In this document: piece after piece, positions 1 through 7,950 of the stretch
How positions within the stretch are numbered: position 1 is the stretch's first letter
Layout of the letters: each line of letters begins with the position of its first letter
IMG/VR virus record: IMGVR_UViG_3300049222_000638
Span: 1-31,669 of that record
Length of the DNA stretch: 31,669 bases
Reading direction: 5' to 3' (one strand)
DNA from: a virus
Lineage: Duplodnaviria; Caudoviricetes
Position numbers and translations under genes: made by a program
Notes under the pieces: generated by a model
Databases searched by the model: none
Seen by the model: only the letters and a program-made list of their open reading frames with translations
Told to the model about the DNA's origin: nothing

Positions 1-806
1 AGCAATATGATAGGGATCGCGCTAAAAAGAATAAAATTCACCTCTGGGATCGCAGTCCCCGTTGTACCATTAAACTTTAAAATAGATGGATTTTGAGAGA
101 ACGACACACCATTCAAATAAATGTCATCTCCCTGTTGGACAAATTTATCTATAGAATTTAAAGTAAGTTGCGCGTTTGGTGATAAGTTGACGATAGATCT
201 TTCTGTTTGGCTATTTATTGAAGCTCCAGCCCCTCGTAGAGTTAAACTGCTGGTTGAATCAACATTTATTTCTAACCCTATCGCTGAAAACATAGCGTTC
301 ATACTCGATCCTTCAGTTATGTTTAAAGTAGAATAAACATTATCATCGTCATCCACCCCAGTAAAACCATTGTTGTTTTGAAAAGTAAAATCCGTAGATT
401 TCAATGTAACCGAAAAGCCATCACCGATTTCTATGTTTGAATAAGAGGGACTATCTTCAAGTATTAAGGCGTCTGTAATAGTTAATATGTTAGCGATAGG
501 AGAATCCCTATCTAATTCCAGAGAATCTGATTGTGAAAAATCCCAATTTGGAGCGTCATAAAAATCATAAATTTCTTCTTCATCTGCGTCCCAAGTGATA
601 ACCATATCTAATTTCTTATCTTTACTTTCAACCATATCTACAACTTCCTCATTGCTAATCTGGATGGGCCTTTGGATATTGACCACAGGGTTGATGTTAG
701 GGTTTTCTGTGGGGTTTACTAGGAATACATTTCCTTCTACAGAGGTAATAACAGCAGATTTAGCTACGGGAATAATTGAGAGTAAAGTTATGAGTGTCCG
801 CTTCAT
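1..806 (-). CDS. Secreted PEP-CTERM-like surface protein (3' end runs off the window; absent from the ORF track)
   Basis: Hand translation from ATG at 806 (ATGA overlap with the stop of 803..994) stays open for 268 codons to the edge. It starts MKRTLITLLSIIPVAKSAVI (signal-peptide-like), has a D/N/S/T-rich body, and ends GTTGTAIPEVNFILFSAIPIIL (IPE followed by a hydrophobic run). Confidence 0.75.
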   Translation of the reverse strand, partial: MKRTLITLLSIIPVAKSAVITSVEGNVFLVNPTENPNINPVVNIQRPIQISNEEVVDMVESKDKKLDMVITWDADEEEIYDFYDAPNWDFSQSDSLELDRDSPIANILTITDALILEDSPSYSNIEIGDGFSVTLKSTDFTFQNNNGFTGVDDDDNVYSTLNITEGSSMNAMFSAIGLEINVDSTSSLTLRGAGASINSQTERSIVNLSPNAQLTLNSIDKFVQQGDDIYLNGVSFSQNPSILKFNGTTGTAIPEVNFILFSAIPIIL

Positions 807-994
807 TTCTTCTTTTTCAGTATAAAGTTTTTAAGTTTAGTTAGATTCCCCGTCAACTTACCCAACAACCTGCCCAGTTTACTATCTTCAGGTACAATAT
901 AAGAAAGCGTTCCCAATAAACCCAAGATAGAAATAATAAACTCAGGCATTGACCCCATGTAAGGAGCGAGTATTTTTTCAAATAAATCTTCCAT
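803..994 (-). CDS. Small membrane protein
   Basis: 63 aa with hydrophobic FIISILGLLGTLSYIV and a basic KKKK end; tightly packed between its neighbours. Confidence 0.7.
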   Translation of the reverse strand: MEDLFEKILAPYMGSMPEFIISILGLLGTLSYIVPEDSKLGRLLGKLTGNLTKLKNFILKKKK

Positions 995-999
995 AATAA

Positions 1000-2235
1000 C
1001 TATTTTCTTATCATGTTAGGGAGTTTAATCACATCAGGGACTTGAGTGACTTGATCATCTTCTTCTAGTTCGAATGTTTCTTCTGAATTCTCAAAATCTG
1101 TTTTTTCTTTTTCACCCTCTTCAGACTGTTCTTCTTCAGGCTCACCCTCTTCAGGTTCTTCCTCTTCAGGTTCCTCCTCCACTTCTTCTTGCTCTTCTTC
1201 AGACTCCTCCTCTTTGGACTCCTCCTCTTTAGACTCCTCTTCCTGTTCTTCCTCAGACTCCTCAGATTCCCCCTCTTCAGATTCCTCTTCTTCAGATTCC
1301 TCTTCGGATTCCTCCTCTTCTTGATCTTCTTCGGACCCCTCGTCGGATTCTTCTGCTTCACCCCCTTCAGACTCTTCTTCTGTTCCTTCTTCAGTTTCTA
1401 CAGAATCCTCTTCTTTGACAGCTTCTCCTTCACCTTCTTCATTATTTTCTTCTGTAGGCTCACCCTCATTTCCGTCGGCCTCGTCAGACGCTTCGCCTTC
1501 CCCCTCTTCACCAACAGATCCTTCATCTTCCCCTTCTTCTCCCCCTTCGTAACCTTCTTCAGAAGTGCCAACAACATCTCCATAACCTTTTTCGGCATAT
1601 TCTACGATTGCTTCAGTAACACCTCCAAAGGGTTGAAATCCAATTGTAGTCTCAGTAAAGTTATTTAAATTAGAAAAAACTTGGTGTTCCTGCTCTGCTA
1701 CAACAGCTATTTCAGTACCTTTTTCTTTTGTTGTCTTAGCTTGGAAGTAAGCTCCACTACCTATAGACATCGTTCCAGCGACTCCGATTGTTCCTACTTT
1801 TTGGACTGTCTCTTGTACAAAAGCACTTAAACCAGTAGCGGCACTTGCTGTTTGGGTTGTTGCTCCAGCAGCGGCTGCAGCGGCAGTACCTTTTGCAGCT
1901 TTATCTAAAATATCTTTATTTTTTTCAGCTATCTCGCTGAGCTTATCCATAGTGGAAGTCTCAGAGGTTTCAGCTTTAACCGCTTTAGTTTCAGTTGTTT
2001 TAACTCTTTCTTCTTCTTCTATAACCTCCTCTTCAACAAAAACCTCTTCAGTTTCTTGCCCGCACTCCTCACAAACACAAGATTGAGCTTCTAAATGTTT
2101 GATTCTTTGCAACAACGCCCACGCTGTTTCTCTTGTATGACGATCTAAATCAGAGATGATTTCACTATCATCTGGATTACAGTATTTTTTTGCAAAAGCT
2201 TCCGCCTCCGCAAAGTCTTTGCGATGTTCCCCCAT
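1000..2235 (-). CDS. Glu-rich low-complexity protein with a possible membrane segment
   Basis: 411 aa: CVCEEC, an Ala/Thr-rich linker, weakly hydrophobic VGTIGVAGTMSIGSGAYF, then a long E/S/G/P-rich tail; preceded by ATGTGTAA. Confidence 0.8.
   Translation of the reverse strand: MGEHRKDFAEAEAFAKKYCNPDDSEIISDLDRHTRETAWALLQRIKHLEAQSCVCEECGQETEEVFVEEEVIEEEERVKTTETKAVKAETSETSTMDKLSEIAEKNKDILDKAAKGTAAAAAAGATTQTASAATGLSAFVQETVQKVGTIGVAGTMSIGSGAYFQAKTTKEKGTEIAVVAEQEHQVFSNLNNFTETTIGFQPFGGVTEAIVEYAEKGYGDVVGTSEEGYEGGEEGEDEGSVGEEGEGEASDEADGNEGEPTEENNEEGEGEAVKEEDSVETEEGTEEESEGGEAEESDEGSEEDQEEEESEEESEEEESEEGESEESEEEQEEESKEEESKEEESEEEQEEVEEEPEEEEPEEGEPEEEQSEEGEKEKTDFENSEETFELEEDDQVTQVPDVIKLPNMIRK
1110..1560 (-). 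repeat. Degenerate 15-nt coding tandem repeats (EEESK / EEESE / EEEEP units)
   Basis: For example gactcctcctctttg-gactcctcctcttta-gactcctcttcctg starting at 1202. Confidence 0.75.
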
Positions 2236-2244
2236 CGCATATAA

Positions 2245-2313
2245 TTACACATTAGAAATAAAAAACGATAAAATAATTATATTTTTATATAAAAAAATGA
2301 ATTAAAAGTGTAA
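2245..2313. promoter_or_regulatory. Divergent AT-rich control region with two GTGTAA-type motifs
   Basis: ATGTGTAA on the minus strand (2245-2252, 9 nt before ATG 2235) and AAGTGTAA on the plus strand (2306-2313, 8 nt before ATG 2322). Confidence 0.6.
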
Positions 2314-2321
2314 CTACCGTT

Positions 2322-2645
2322 ATGGATCATTGGACAGTCATATCCTCATTAACCTCCGCTATATTTGGAGGAGCTTTATGGGGGTATTTAGGTAAAAGAT
2401 TAAAATCAGAAGAGCAGATAAAAAAATTAGATTATCAAACAGAAGCAATCCTGCGTGATAACCTAATTGATAGAGTCGGTAAGCTAGAAGGCTTACTTAT
2501 AGAGTCCTCTGATGAGAAGAAGGCGATGAGAGAGCAAATTAGAGAACTAACGGTTCAGGTAGCTGAACTCAAAGTAGAAATTAAATTCCTTAGGGAGGAA
2601 AATAAAGAACTTAGAGAAGGAAGAGGTCAGCCCTCCACAGCATAA
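2322..2645 (+). CDS. N-terminally anchored coiled-coil membrane protein (holin-like architecture, function uncertain)
   Basis: WTVISSLTSAIFGGALWGYL followed by a heptad-rich helix (MREQIRELTVQVAELKVEIKFLREENKEL). Confidence 0.7.
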   Translation: MDHWTVISSLTSAIFGGALWGYLGKRLKSEEQIKKLDYQTEAILRDNLIDRVGKLEGLLIESSDEKKAMREQIRELTVQVAELKVEIKFLREENKELREGRGQPSTA

Positions 2646-2869
2646 CTCAAGAACTCTGGTCTTCCGGGTTCATGATAATCATTTTTAAATGTGACTACCT
2701 TAACTCTTACGCCATTAACTTCAATATAACCAGACATAAATTGTCTGCCATCTTTAGCTTTCTTAATCCAGTGAGCGCCTACTTTAACATGCTTAGACTT
2801 GTCCGAAGAGTTCTCTTGCTGCTTCGATGAAGTCACGCCTTGCGTTTGATGGGAGTCTTGCATACTCAT
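2627..2869 (-). CDS. Small DUF736-like beta protein, possibly ssDNA-binding (start uncertain: 2911, 2869 or 2863)
   Basis: KVGAHWIKKAKDGRQFMSGYIE...KVVTFKN...PEF resembles the GA-W...G..Y/F-LSG...F.N...PD/E pattern of these small phage proteins. Confidence 0.5.
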   Translation of the reverse strand: MSMQDSHQTQGVTSSKQQENSSDKSKHVKVGAHWIKKAKDGRQFMSGYIEVNGVRVKVVTFKNDYHEPGRPEFLSYAVEG

Positions 2870-2957
2870 TTTTGAATCGTCTGTAATTTCGTTTGCTGAT
2901 CGCTTGCTCATTTAATAAAAACAGTTTTCTAATTTCTTTTGATTTTTTACCACTCAT
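2793..2957 (-). CDS. Small basic hypothetical protein, 54 aa (below the ORF-track cutoff)
   Basis: MSGKKSKEIRKLFLLNEQAISKRNYRRFKNEYARLPSNARRDFIEAARELFGQV*; its ATG overlaps the GNAT stop (ATGA at 2954-2957). Confidence 0.65.
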   Translation of the reverse strand: MSGKKSKEIRKLFLLNEQAISKRNYRRFKNEYARLPSNARRDFIEAARELFGQV

Positions 2958-3415
2958 AATTTTGCTATATAACTCTCTGAATCCTTTATGAATCCAAGTT
3001 TATTATAAAGCTTTTTCACTTTATCTCTACTTGGAGACTTCTCAGAGCAGCCCATTTGTATATATTCGAATTTATTGTCTCTTGCGAACTTTATCGCTGT
3101 CGCGAATAACTTGTACCCTACCCTTGGGTTATCCGATAGCCAGATATATTCCGAAAAGATTTCCATACCATGCCTTGGCCCTTTATCTTTAATAAATAGA
3201 ATAGCAGCGTCATAATTGCCTGAATCATTTAGGTTGGCCCATACAAACACGTTGAATGCCAACATCTTGTCATGACCAAAAGCTTGCTTGAGAGAATCTA
3301 CGCCATTAGGTAACAGATAATGGTAAGTGTTATCAGGATTACTTAAATCTAAACAGTCTGAGATATCATCTGCCGCTTTACAGAATTCTTTAGCATTGAT
3401 AATCCTCTTAATCAT
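2954..3415 (-). CDS. GNAT-fold acetyltransferase-like protein
   Basis: VGYKLFATAIKFAR (motif A helix) and KKLYNKLGF (motif B). Confidence 0.65.
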   Translation of the reverse strand: MIKRIINAKEFCKAADDISDCLDLSNPDNTYHYLLPNGVDSLKQAFGHDKMLAFNVFVWANLNDSGNYDAAILFIKDKGPRHGMEIFSEYIWLSDNPRVGYKLFATAIKFARDNKFEYIQMGCSEKSPSRDKVKKLYNKLGFIKDSESYIAKL

Positions 3416-4227
3416 TTATGCAAAATGGCGACGAACTTCCTGACTTCTTTAACCGGGATGTCGGACCAGCACTTCCAATTTTTTACCAATTCTGCGTCAT
3501 CGTCAGATATAACTTGATCTCTCCAAAAATCTCTAAGAAGGTTCAAAAACTCTTCGAATGTATCTATACCCTTTTTCGCTCTCAGATGCTTCTGGAGTAG
3601 AGCTATAGGAGTTGTAGCCGCAGCCTCTACGGACTCTACAGTGACACTGTTATCAGCCCCTTTAGATTTATCTATCTCATCAGCACCAACGATATGGACA
3701 TTCAAGAAATTCCTTACACAACGGACAAAAGCTCTATTGCAAGCGATAGTTTCAAGGAATTTAGAAGCAAACGAATCTGTATTATCTAATGTAGCGTTAG
3801 CTACATCTTCATAAATAGTATTCGCGCCAACACTTTCGTAATTACCTATCCATACTATCCTGCAGGTAGCTTTCACATGACCATGAGCAATATTTTCTGT
3901 CTTGAAAGATACGCTCTCAAAACCTCGCAACTTAGCCAACTCTTTGATTCCGCCAAGCATAATCAATAGCTGGTTATCTTTTAATCCTTCCGTAGAGTCT
4001 GGGAAAGGCTTGTTTCTCAAGGTGAACCAATCCCTATTAGGGTAGAGAAAGTCAGGCTTAATCATAGCTCTCCAGTTTATAGAGCCGTCTTCATTAAAAA
4101 TGTAATCCACATTCTTTAACAACCCATGATTATCTCTCTGATAAATATCAGGGCCAAAAACTTTTTCTTTAACCGCTTTCTTCACTACTTTCTTCGCCGC
4201 TTTCTTTGCTACTTTTTTCTTGATCAT
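3412..4227 (-). CDS. Rad52/Sak-like single-strand annealing protein with a Lys/Ala-rich N-terminal tail
   Basis: GGIKELAKLRG...VKATCRIVW...EDVANA...ETIACNRAFVRCVRNFLNVHIVGADEI fits the Rad52-superfamily beta-beta-beta-alpha core; N-terminus is KKKVAKKAAKKVVKKAVK. Confidence 0.5.
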   Translation of the reverse strand: MIKKKVAKKAAKKVVKKAVKEKVFGPDIYQRDNHGLLKNVDYIFNEDGSINWRAMIKPDFLYPNRDWFTLRNKPFPDSTEGLKDNQLLIMLGGIKELAKLRGFESVSFKTENIAHGHVKATCRIVWIGNYESVGANTIYEDVANATLDNTDSFASKFLETIACNRAFVRCVRNFLNVHIVGADEIDKSKGADNSVTVESVEAAATTPIALLQKHLRAKKGIDTFEEFLNLLRDFWRDQVISDDDAELVKNWKCWSDIPVKEVRKFVAILHK

Positions 4228-5344
4228 AAATATAAAAGTGTTTTAACTCCTCCCAATACTCAGGAGTATCGATCACTTTGTCGTCAGAGTCAAGACCTTT
4301 TTTGAAATGAGCGTAGCTTTTGTAGATTTTTTCCCCCTCTACAATATTCTTGTTAGTTAAGAACTTTGTGTTAGGGTCACAATCAATCTTGTTATTTAAC
4401 TCGTCTTTGACGTGGACTTGAGTATCAAAATATTTATTCCTAATGCTAGGCAGATCTGAATCTCCTTCCACCAAGAGGATGAAATCAATACCCCACTTCT
4501 TTAAAGTGTCTATATATACCTGAGGGATAGTATCTTCCTTGTCTTGGATTGTATAAATGATTTTTTTTATATTTCCTTGGCACGTCATCAACATCTTTAA
4601 TTGAGGAAGTTGATCTGTGATCATGATAATCTCATGATTTCGGCAGAAATACAGTAAAGGCTCTTCCTCCACCCCATAGTCTACCCGCAAGAATATTTGC
4701 TTAGGAAGACCTTTGACTATGGACGTAGGAACCACTTCAACAATTTTTTGATAAAAGGAGTCCCCAATATTAATTGTTTTAAAATTAAAGCACTTAGACC
4801 CCACCCCACACAAATCTAGTAATTTTTTGCAGACCAATTCTGGTAAGATCGAATCTATCTGTCTATCAGGGTCTTTATCAGAGAAGCATGGTCTACTATT
4901 CCAATCCGGCTCCAAACAAACTTTGTTTTTCGCGCTGCCCCAAAACGGCTTTGTATTATTAGCGTAGTTATTCCCATGTAAAGTTAAAGTCTTGACTCCT
5001 TGAGTACTTGCATACTGAGCTAAATGGCTGTCTGGGCCAATGTACATAAGACTTTTAGAGATTATATATGCTTGATTCTTGAACTTACAGTCTAAATGCC
5101 TATCCACCCCCACAATAGGCTTATCTCCTCCTATTTGATAAATTTTTATCCCATTTTTCAATAAGGCTGGTTTGACCAACTGAAAAACCGTAGAGTAATG
5201 TTTGTAAATTTTAGAAGATGACTTCTCTCCATCATAAAAAACAATATATTTCTCATCTAAACACGGGAAGTAATGCTCCTGAATTTCAGGTTTAGAAATT
5301 TTAACTCCCAAATTTTTAGCGTATTCTTGAATTAAATGAGACAT
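4169..5344 (-). CDS. GT9 (heptosyltransferase-like) C-terminal domain plus an unknown domain
   Basis: IYQIGG...YIGPDSHLAQYASTQGVKTLTLHG matches the GT9 G.DS...H.A...G.P...L.G motif. Confidence 0.65.
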   Translation of the reverse strand: MSHLIQEYAKNLGVKISKPEIQEHYFPCLDEKYIVFYDGEKSSSKIYKHYSTVFQLVKPALLKNGIKIYQIGGDKPIVGVDRHLDCKFKNQAYIISKSLMYIGPDSHLAQYASTQGVKTLTLHGNNYANNTKPFWGSAKNKVCLEPDWNSRPCFSDKDPDRQIDSILPELVCKKLLDLCGVGSKCFNFKTINIGDSFYQKIVEVVPTSIVKGLPKQIFLRVDYGVEEEPLLYFCRNHEIIMITDQLPQLKMLMTCQGNIKKIIYTIQDKEDTIPQVYIDTLKKWGIDFILLVEGDSDLPSIRNKYFDTQVHVKDELNNKIDCDPNTKFLTNKNIVEGEKIYKSYAHFKKGLDSDDKVIDTPEYWEELKHFYIYDQEKSSKESGEESSEESG

Positions 5345-7233
5345 TACGTAAGAGAAAATTGATTTTTAGAAATCCCATTATGGGAATAGCAAACCGATTT
5401 CTGGGTCGTAGCATGAGGATAGAAAGCCGCATTAAATAACCCATCTGATTTACCAACACCTTCCAAAGCTAAGCAGTTTTCTATTTCCGGGGTGTACTTC
5501 ATTAACTTATGAACGTATTTATTATCTTCTATAAGTTCGAAATATTCAGGTTTTGTAAATACGTAAATATTATATCCTTTATAGAGGCTTTTAAATTTCT
5601 TCATCAATGAATTAACCAATAATATATCTACTTCAGATTGAGGGATTACCACAGCTATTCTCCGATCCCTATCCTCGTCTCCCAGAAGATCCGATAACGA
5701 AGAAATATTAGATTTTTGTATTTGTTCATTAGCAACATTTCTAAAGTGTCGAACAATATCCCCCATCTTCTGACCACCACTTAACAACCTTTCCATCCAG
5801 TGTTTAACACCTGTAGAGTTCCTATCTACGTCTTCATCAAGTATGTTTTTATAAATATCAATAATTAAATCATCATAGGTTTTATCTTCTTTAATCACAT
5901 AGTTTGGATTGTAATTTCTAGTCTTAGAGGCAAAATCATAATCGACTTCAGGCATTCCATCTATAATGTCCTCCAGCTGTTTACCTATGACATCTATAGA
6001 AAAGTTATCTATAGCCCACTGTCTAGCCACCTTACCTAAATTAGATTTTTCATCCGAAGACATCTTGTAGACACGACCAATCTGTTGACAAATAGATTGA
6101 GGGCATGTAGAAGCTTTAATAAATTGTGTACCCGGCTCTCTATATTCATTCCAAGCTAAAGGGATCCCTCCAGACTCTTCAGTGCAGTTATCCTCCCCAC
6201 AGGAGTAATCTGTCACTAATGTAATCAGCTCTGTAAGTTTAGCCTCTTGGATAGGAATCTCTTGACCCCCGCTCGTGAATGGGTGGCAATAAACATCCAT
6301 GAGATTGTAAACCTCATTAAGCTGAGTCTCTGTCACGCCCTTCTTCGTATTCGCTGTATTGACAGACTTCTCTGATCCACAGTTAGCGCATTTTTGTTCC
6401 TGATCTTTATAAGACGAGACATGATGATGATCACATTTAGAACAGACATAAGTAGTCAATATATCAGAATTATTAATACCTTTTTCTGCCATTAATTTAG
6501 GTATATCCCAGCCCTCTTTCCAATGAGTATGTAAAAGTAATTTTGTATTTAAGTCAGGGTTTTCACTTTTGAAAAGTTTGAACCCTTCCAAAATATTAGG
6601 GACAGACTTCCTTAACTGATTTCTGAAAACAAAACCTATAATAAATTCATCAGATAACCCACTATCAGACCGCAAACTCTTCCTTTTTTCTTCTCCAAGC
6701 TTCAAAAAATTAGAACAATCTAGAGAACCCCTTAAGGTTTTAACATGATTATAGCCTAGTTTTTTCATAGCTTTCTCCGCGAAGCTAGCCCAAACATAGT
6801 AATGTTTAGTTTTGGGAGCATACTGAATAGCTTGATCAAGAATAGGTAGACTATCTAATGTAGTCCACAACATACAATTAATCTTATTCCACCAAGGTTT
6901 CATGTGATACCCTTTAAAACCCCAAATGTCTTCCATACCAATGTAGACGTCGGGCTTAAACTCTCTTACAGCCTTATCCACATGGCTGAAACCGTACCCC
7001 TCCATCCTTTTCTCGTCAGCATTTAAACCTGCTAACTGAGCGGCGGAAGGAAGCGAACCTGCAGCCTCCCAAGGTAGGATTTGCAGAGCCGGATCAGACC
7101 AATGACGGCCATTAGCCAATTCAAATAACTCATACTTACCTGTATCATGTAGGTAACGCATGATATTCTTTTTATTTTTGCCAAAACCTGTGAAAGCTTT
7201 GCAAAAATTAGAATGAATTAATACCTTCTTCAC
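5344..7233 (-). CDS. GT4-like (GT-B) glycosyltransferase with Zn-ribbon insert, DUF4214-like helix pair and a C-terminal GT9 N-domain
   Basis: TGFG, FRNQLRKSVP, VYNLMDVYCHPFTSGGQEIPIQEAK (GT4); CSKC...CANC; IIDIYKNILDEDVD...GVKHWMERL; RIAVVIPQSEVDILLVNSLMKKFKSLY. Confidence 0.75.
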   Translation of the reverse strand: MKKVLIHSNFCKAFTGFGKNKKNIMRYLHDTGKYELFELANGRHWSDPALQILPWEAAGSLPSAAQLAGLNADEKRMEGYGFSHVDKAVREFKPDVYIGMEDIWGFKGYHMKPWWNKINCMLWTTLDSLPILDQAIQYAPKTKHYYVWASFAEKAMKKLGYNHVKTLRGSLDCSNFLKLGEEKRKSLRSDSGLSDEFIIGFVFRNQLRKSVPNILEGFKLFKSENPDLNTKLLLHTHWKEGWDIPKLMAEKGINNSDILTTYVCSKCDHHHVSSYKDQEQKCANCGSEKSVNTANTKKGVTETQLNEVYNLMDVYCHPFTSGGQEIPIQEAKLTELITLVTDYSCGEDNCTEESGGIPLAWNEYREPGTQFIKASTCPQSICQQIGRVYKMSSDEKSNLGKVARQWAIDNFSIDVIGKQLEDIIDGMPEVDYDFASKTRNYNPNYVIKEDKTYDDLIIDIYKNILDEDVDRNSTGVKHWMERLLSGGQKMGDIVRHFRNVANEQIQKSNISSLSDLLGDEDRDRRIAVVIPQSEVDILLVNSLMKKFKSLYKGYNIYVFTKPEYFELIEDNKYVHKLMKYTPEIENCLALEGVGKSDGLFNAAFYPHATTQKSVCYSHNGISKNQFSLT

Positions 7234-7715
7234 TGACGAGACTTGAGTTCTTGGTTCTTGGTAAACCTAAAAGCATAAAGCTCTTGAAGAGCAAATTTTA
7301 AAAACTCCAGTAAACAATAAGACTCTGACATCTCAACTCCAATGCCAAATTTGTTAGTAGAATTTCTTACTATGCCAAAAGAAAAAGCGTTTTCTCTCCC
7401 TTCTCTTAGCCAAGGTTTAAAAGAGATCTGAGTTTTATTATCCTCGTAAGAGTGGTAAGCTGAAAAATCTTTGTAGTTTTCTACGGCATTGATAAAACCG
7501 CCGATTTCCACCTCATTCAACTTAATAGAAATTGAATTCTCTGGGTTTTTCGCATTCTGGGAAAAAGATCCTGTTTTCTTCTGGTTATCCCAAGAAAATT
7601 GTCTTACAGCCCTAACATAAACACAAGGCTCCCCTGAGCGTCCTGTAGCCCCGATATCGAAACTAAAAGCGCATCCTGTGTTTCTGGGGTTAGGTTTATA
7701 AATCTGAACAATCAT
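7230..7715 (-). CDS. Whirly-like ssDNA-binding protein (putative)
   Basis: IYKP...AFSF, IKLNEVEIGGFI, AYH and GVEMSESYCLLEFLKF fit the duplicated beta-sheet/helix Whirly pattern. Confidence 0.45.
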   Translation of the reverse strand: MIVQIYKPNPRNTGCAFSFDIGATGRSGEPCVYVRAVRQFSWDNQKKTGSFSQNAKNPENSISIKLNEVEIGGFINAVENYKDFSAYHSYEDNKTQISFKPWLREGRENAFSFGIVRNSTNKFGIGVEMSESYCLLEFLKFALQELYAFRFTKNQELKSRQ

Positions 7716-7720
7716 ACACG

Positions 7721-7748
7721 ATTGTATGAATTTCTGAGCTTAATTCAA
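7721..7748 (-). promoter_or_regulatory. Sigma70-like promoter, leaderless geometry
   Basis: TTGAAT-16-TACAAT, 5 nt before ATG 7715. Confidence 0.55.
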
Positions 7749-7754
7749 ATTAAT

Positions 7755-7762
7755 AAGTGTAT
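7755..7762 (+). promoter_or_regulatory. AAGTGTA motif
   Basis: AAGTGTAT, 8 nt before ATG 7771. Confidence 0.55.
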
Positions 7763-7770
7763 ATATAAGC

Positions 7771-7950
7771 ATGGATAATTTTGATGTTGACCCTGAAGTA
7801 GCTAAGAGTATTAGAGAGAAATTTGGCATAAGTAAAGACACTTTTAAAAATAGGGCAGACTTTATGGTTAAGTCCGAAAGAGACAGAGAAGATGTGGTAA
7901 AGCTCTTAGCTCTTATAAAGCAACTCAGAGATGAGGAAGCTAGCTGCTAG
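7771..7950 (+). CDS. Small hypothetical protein, 59 aa (below the ORF-track cutoff)
   Basis: MDNFDVDPEVAKSIREKFGISKDTFKNRADFMVKSERDREDVVKLLALIKQLRDEEASC*; fills the gap between genes and follows the AAGTGTA motif. Confidence 0.7.
   Translation: MDNFDVDPEVAKSIREKFGISKDTFKNRADFMVKSERDREDVVKLLALIKQLRDEEASC

Noticed and set aside
601-640. Direct repeat ACCATATCTA at 601 and 631
   Set aside because: Only two copies, coding (VDMV and LDMV); most likely a small internal duplication or chance.
121-825. Plus-strand ORFs 121..336 and 595..825
   Set aside because: Antisense shadows of the long minus-strand ORF 806..1.
1110-1560. Possible CRISPR array in the repetitive tract
   Set aside because: Degenerate in-frame codon repeats with no constant repeat plus unique spacer structure.
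1065-1668. K/R-rich and F/L-rich ORFs (1065..1361, 1189..1668, 1398..1598)
   Set aside because: Alternative-frame products of the GAA/GAG-rich repeat in the acidic protein gene.
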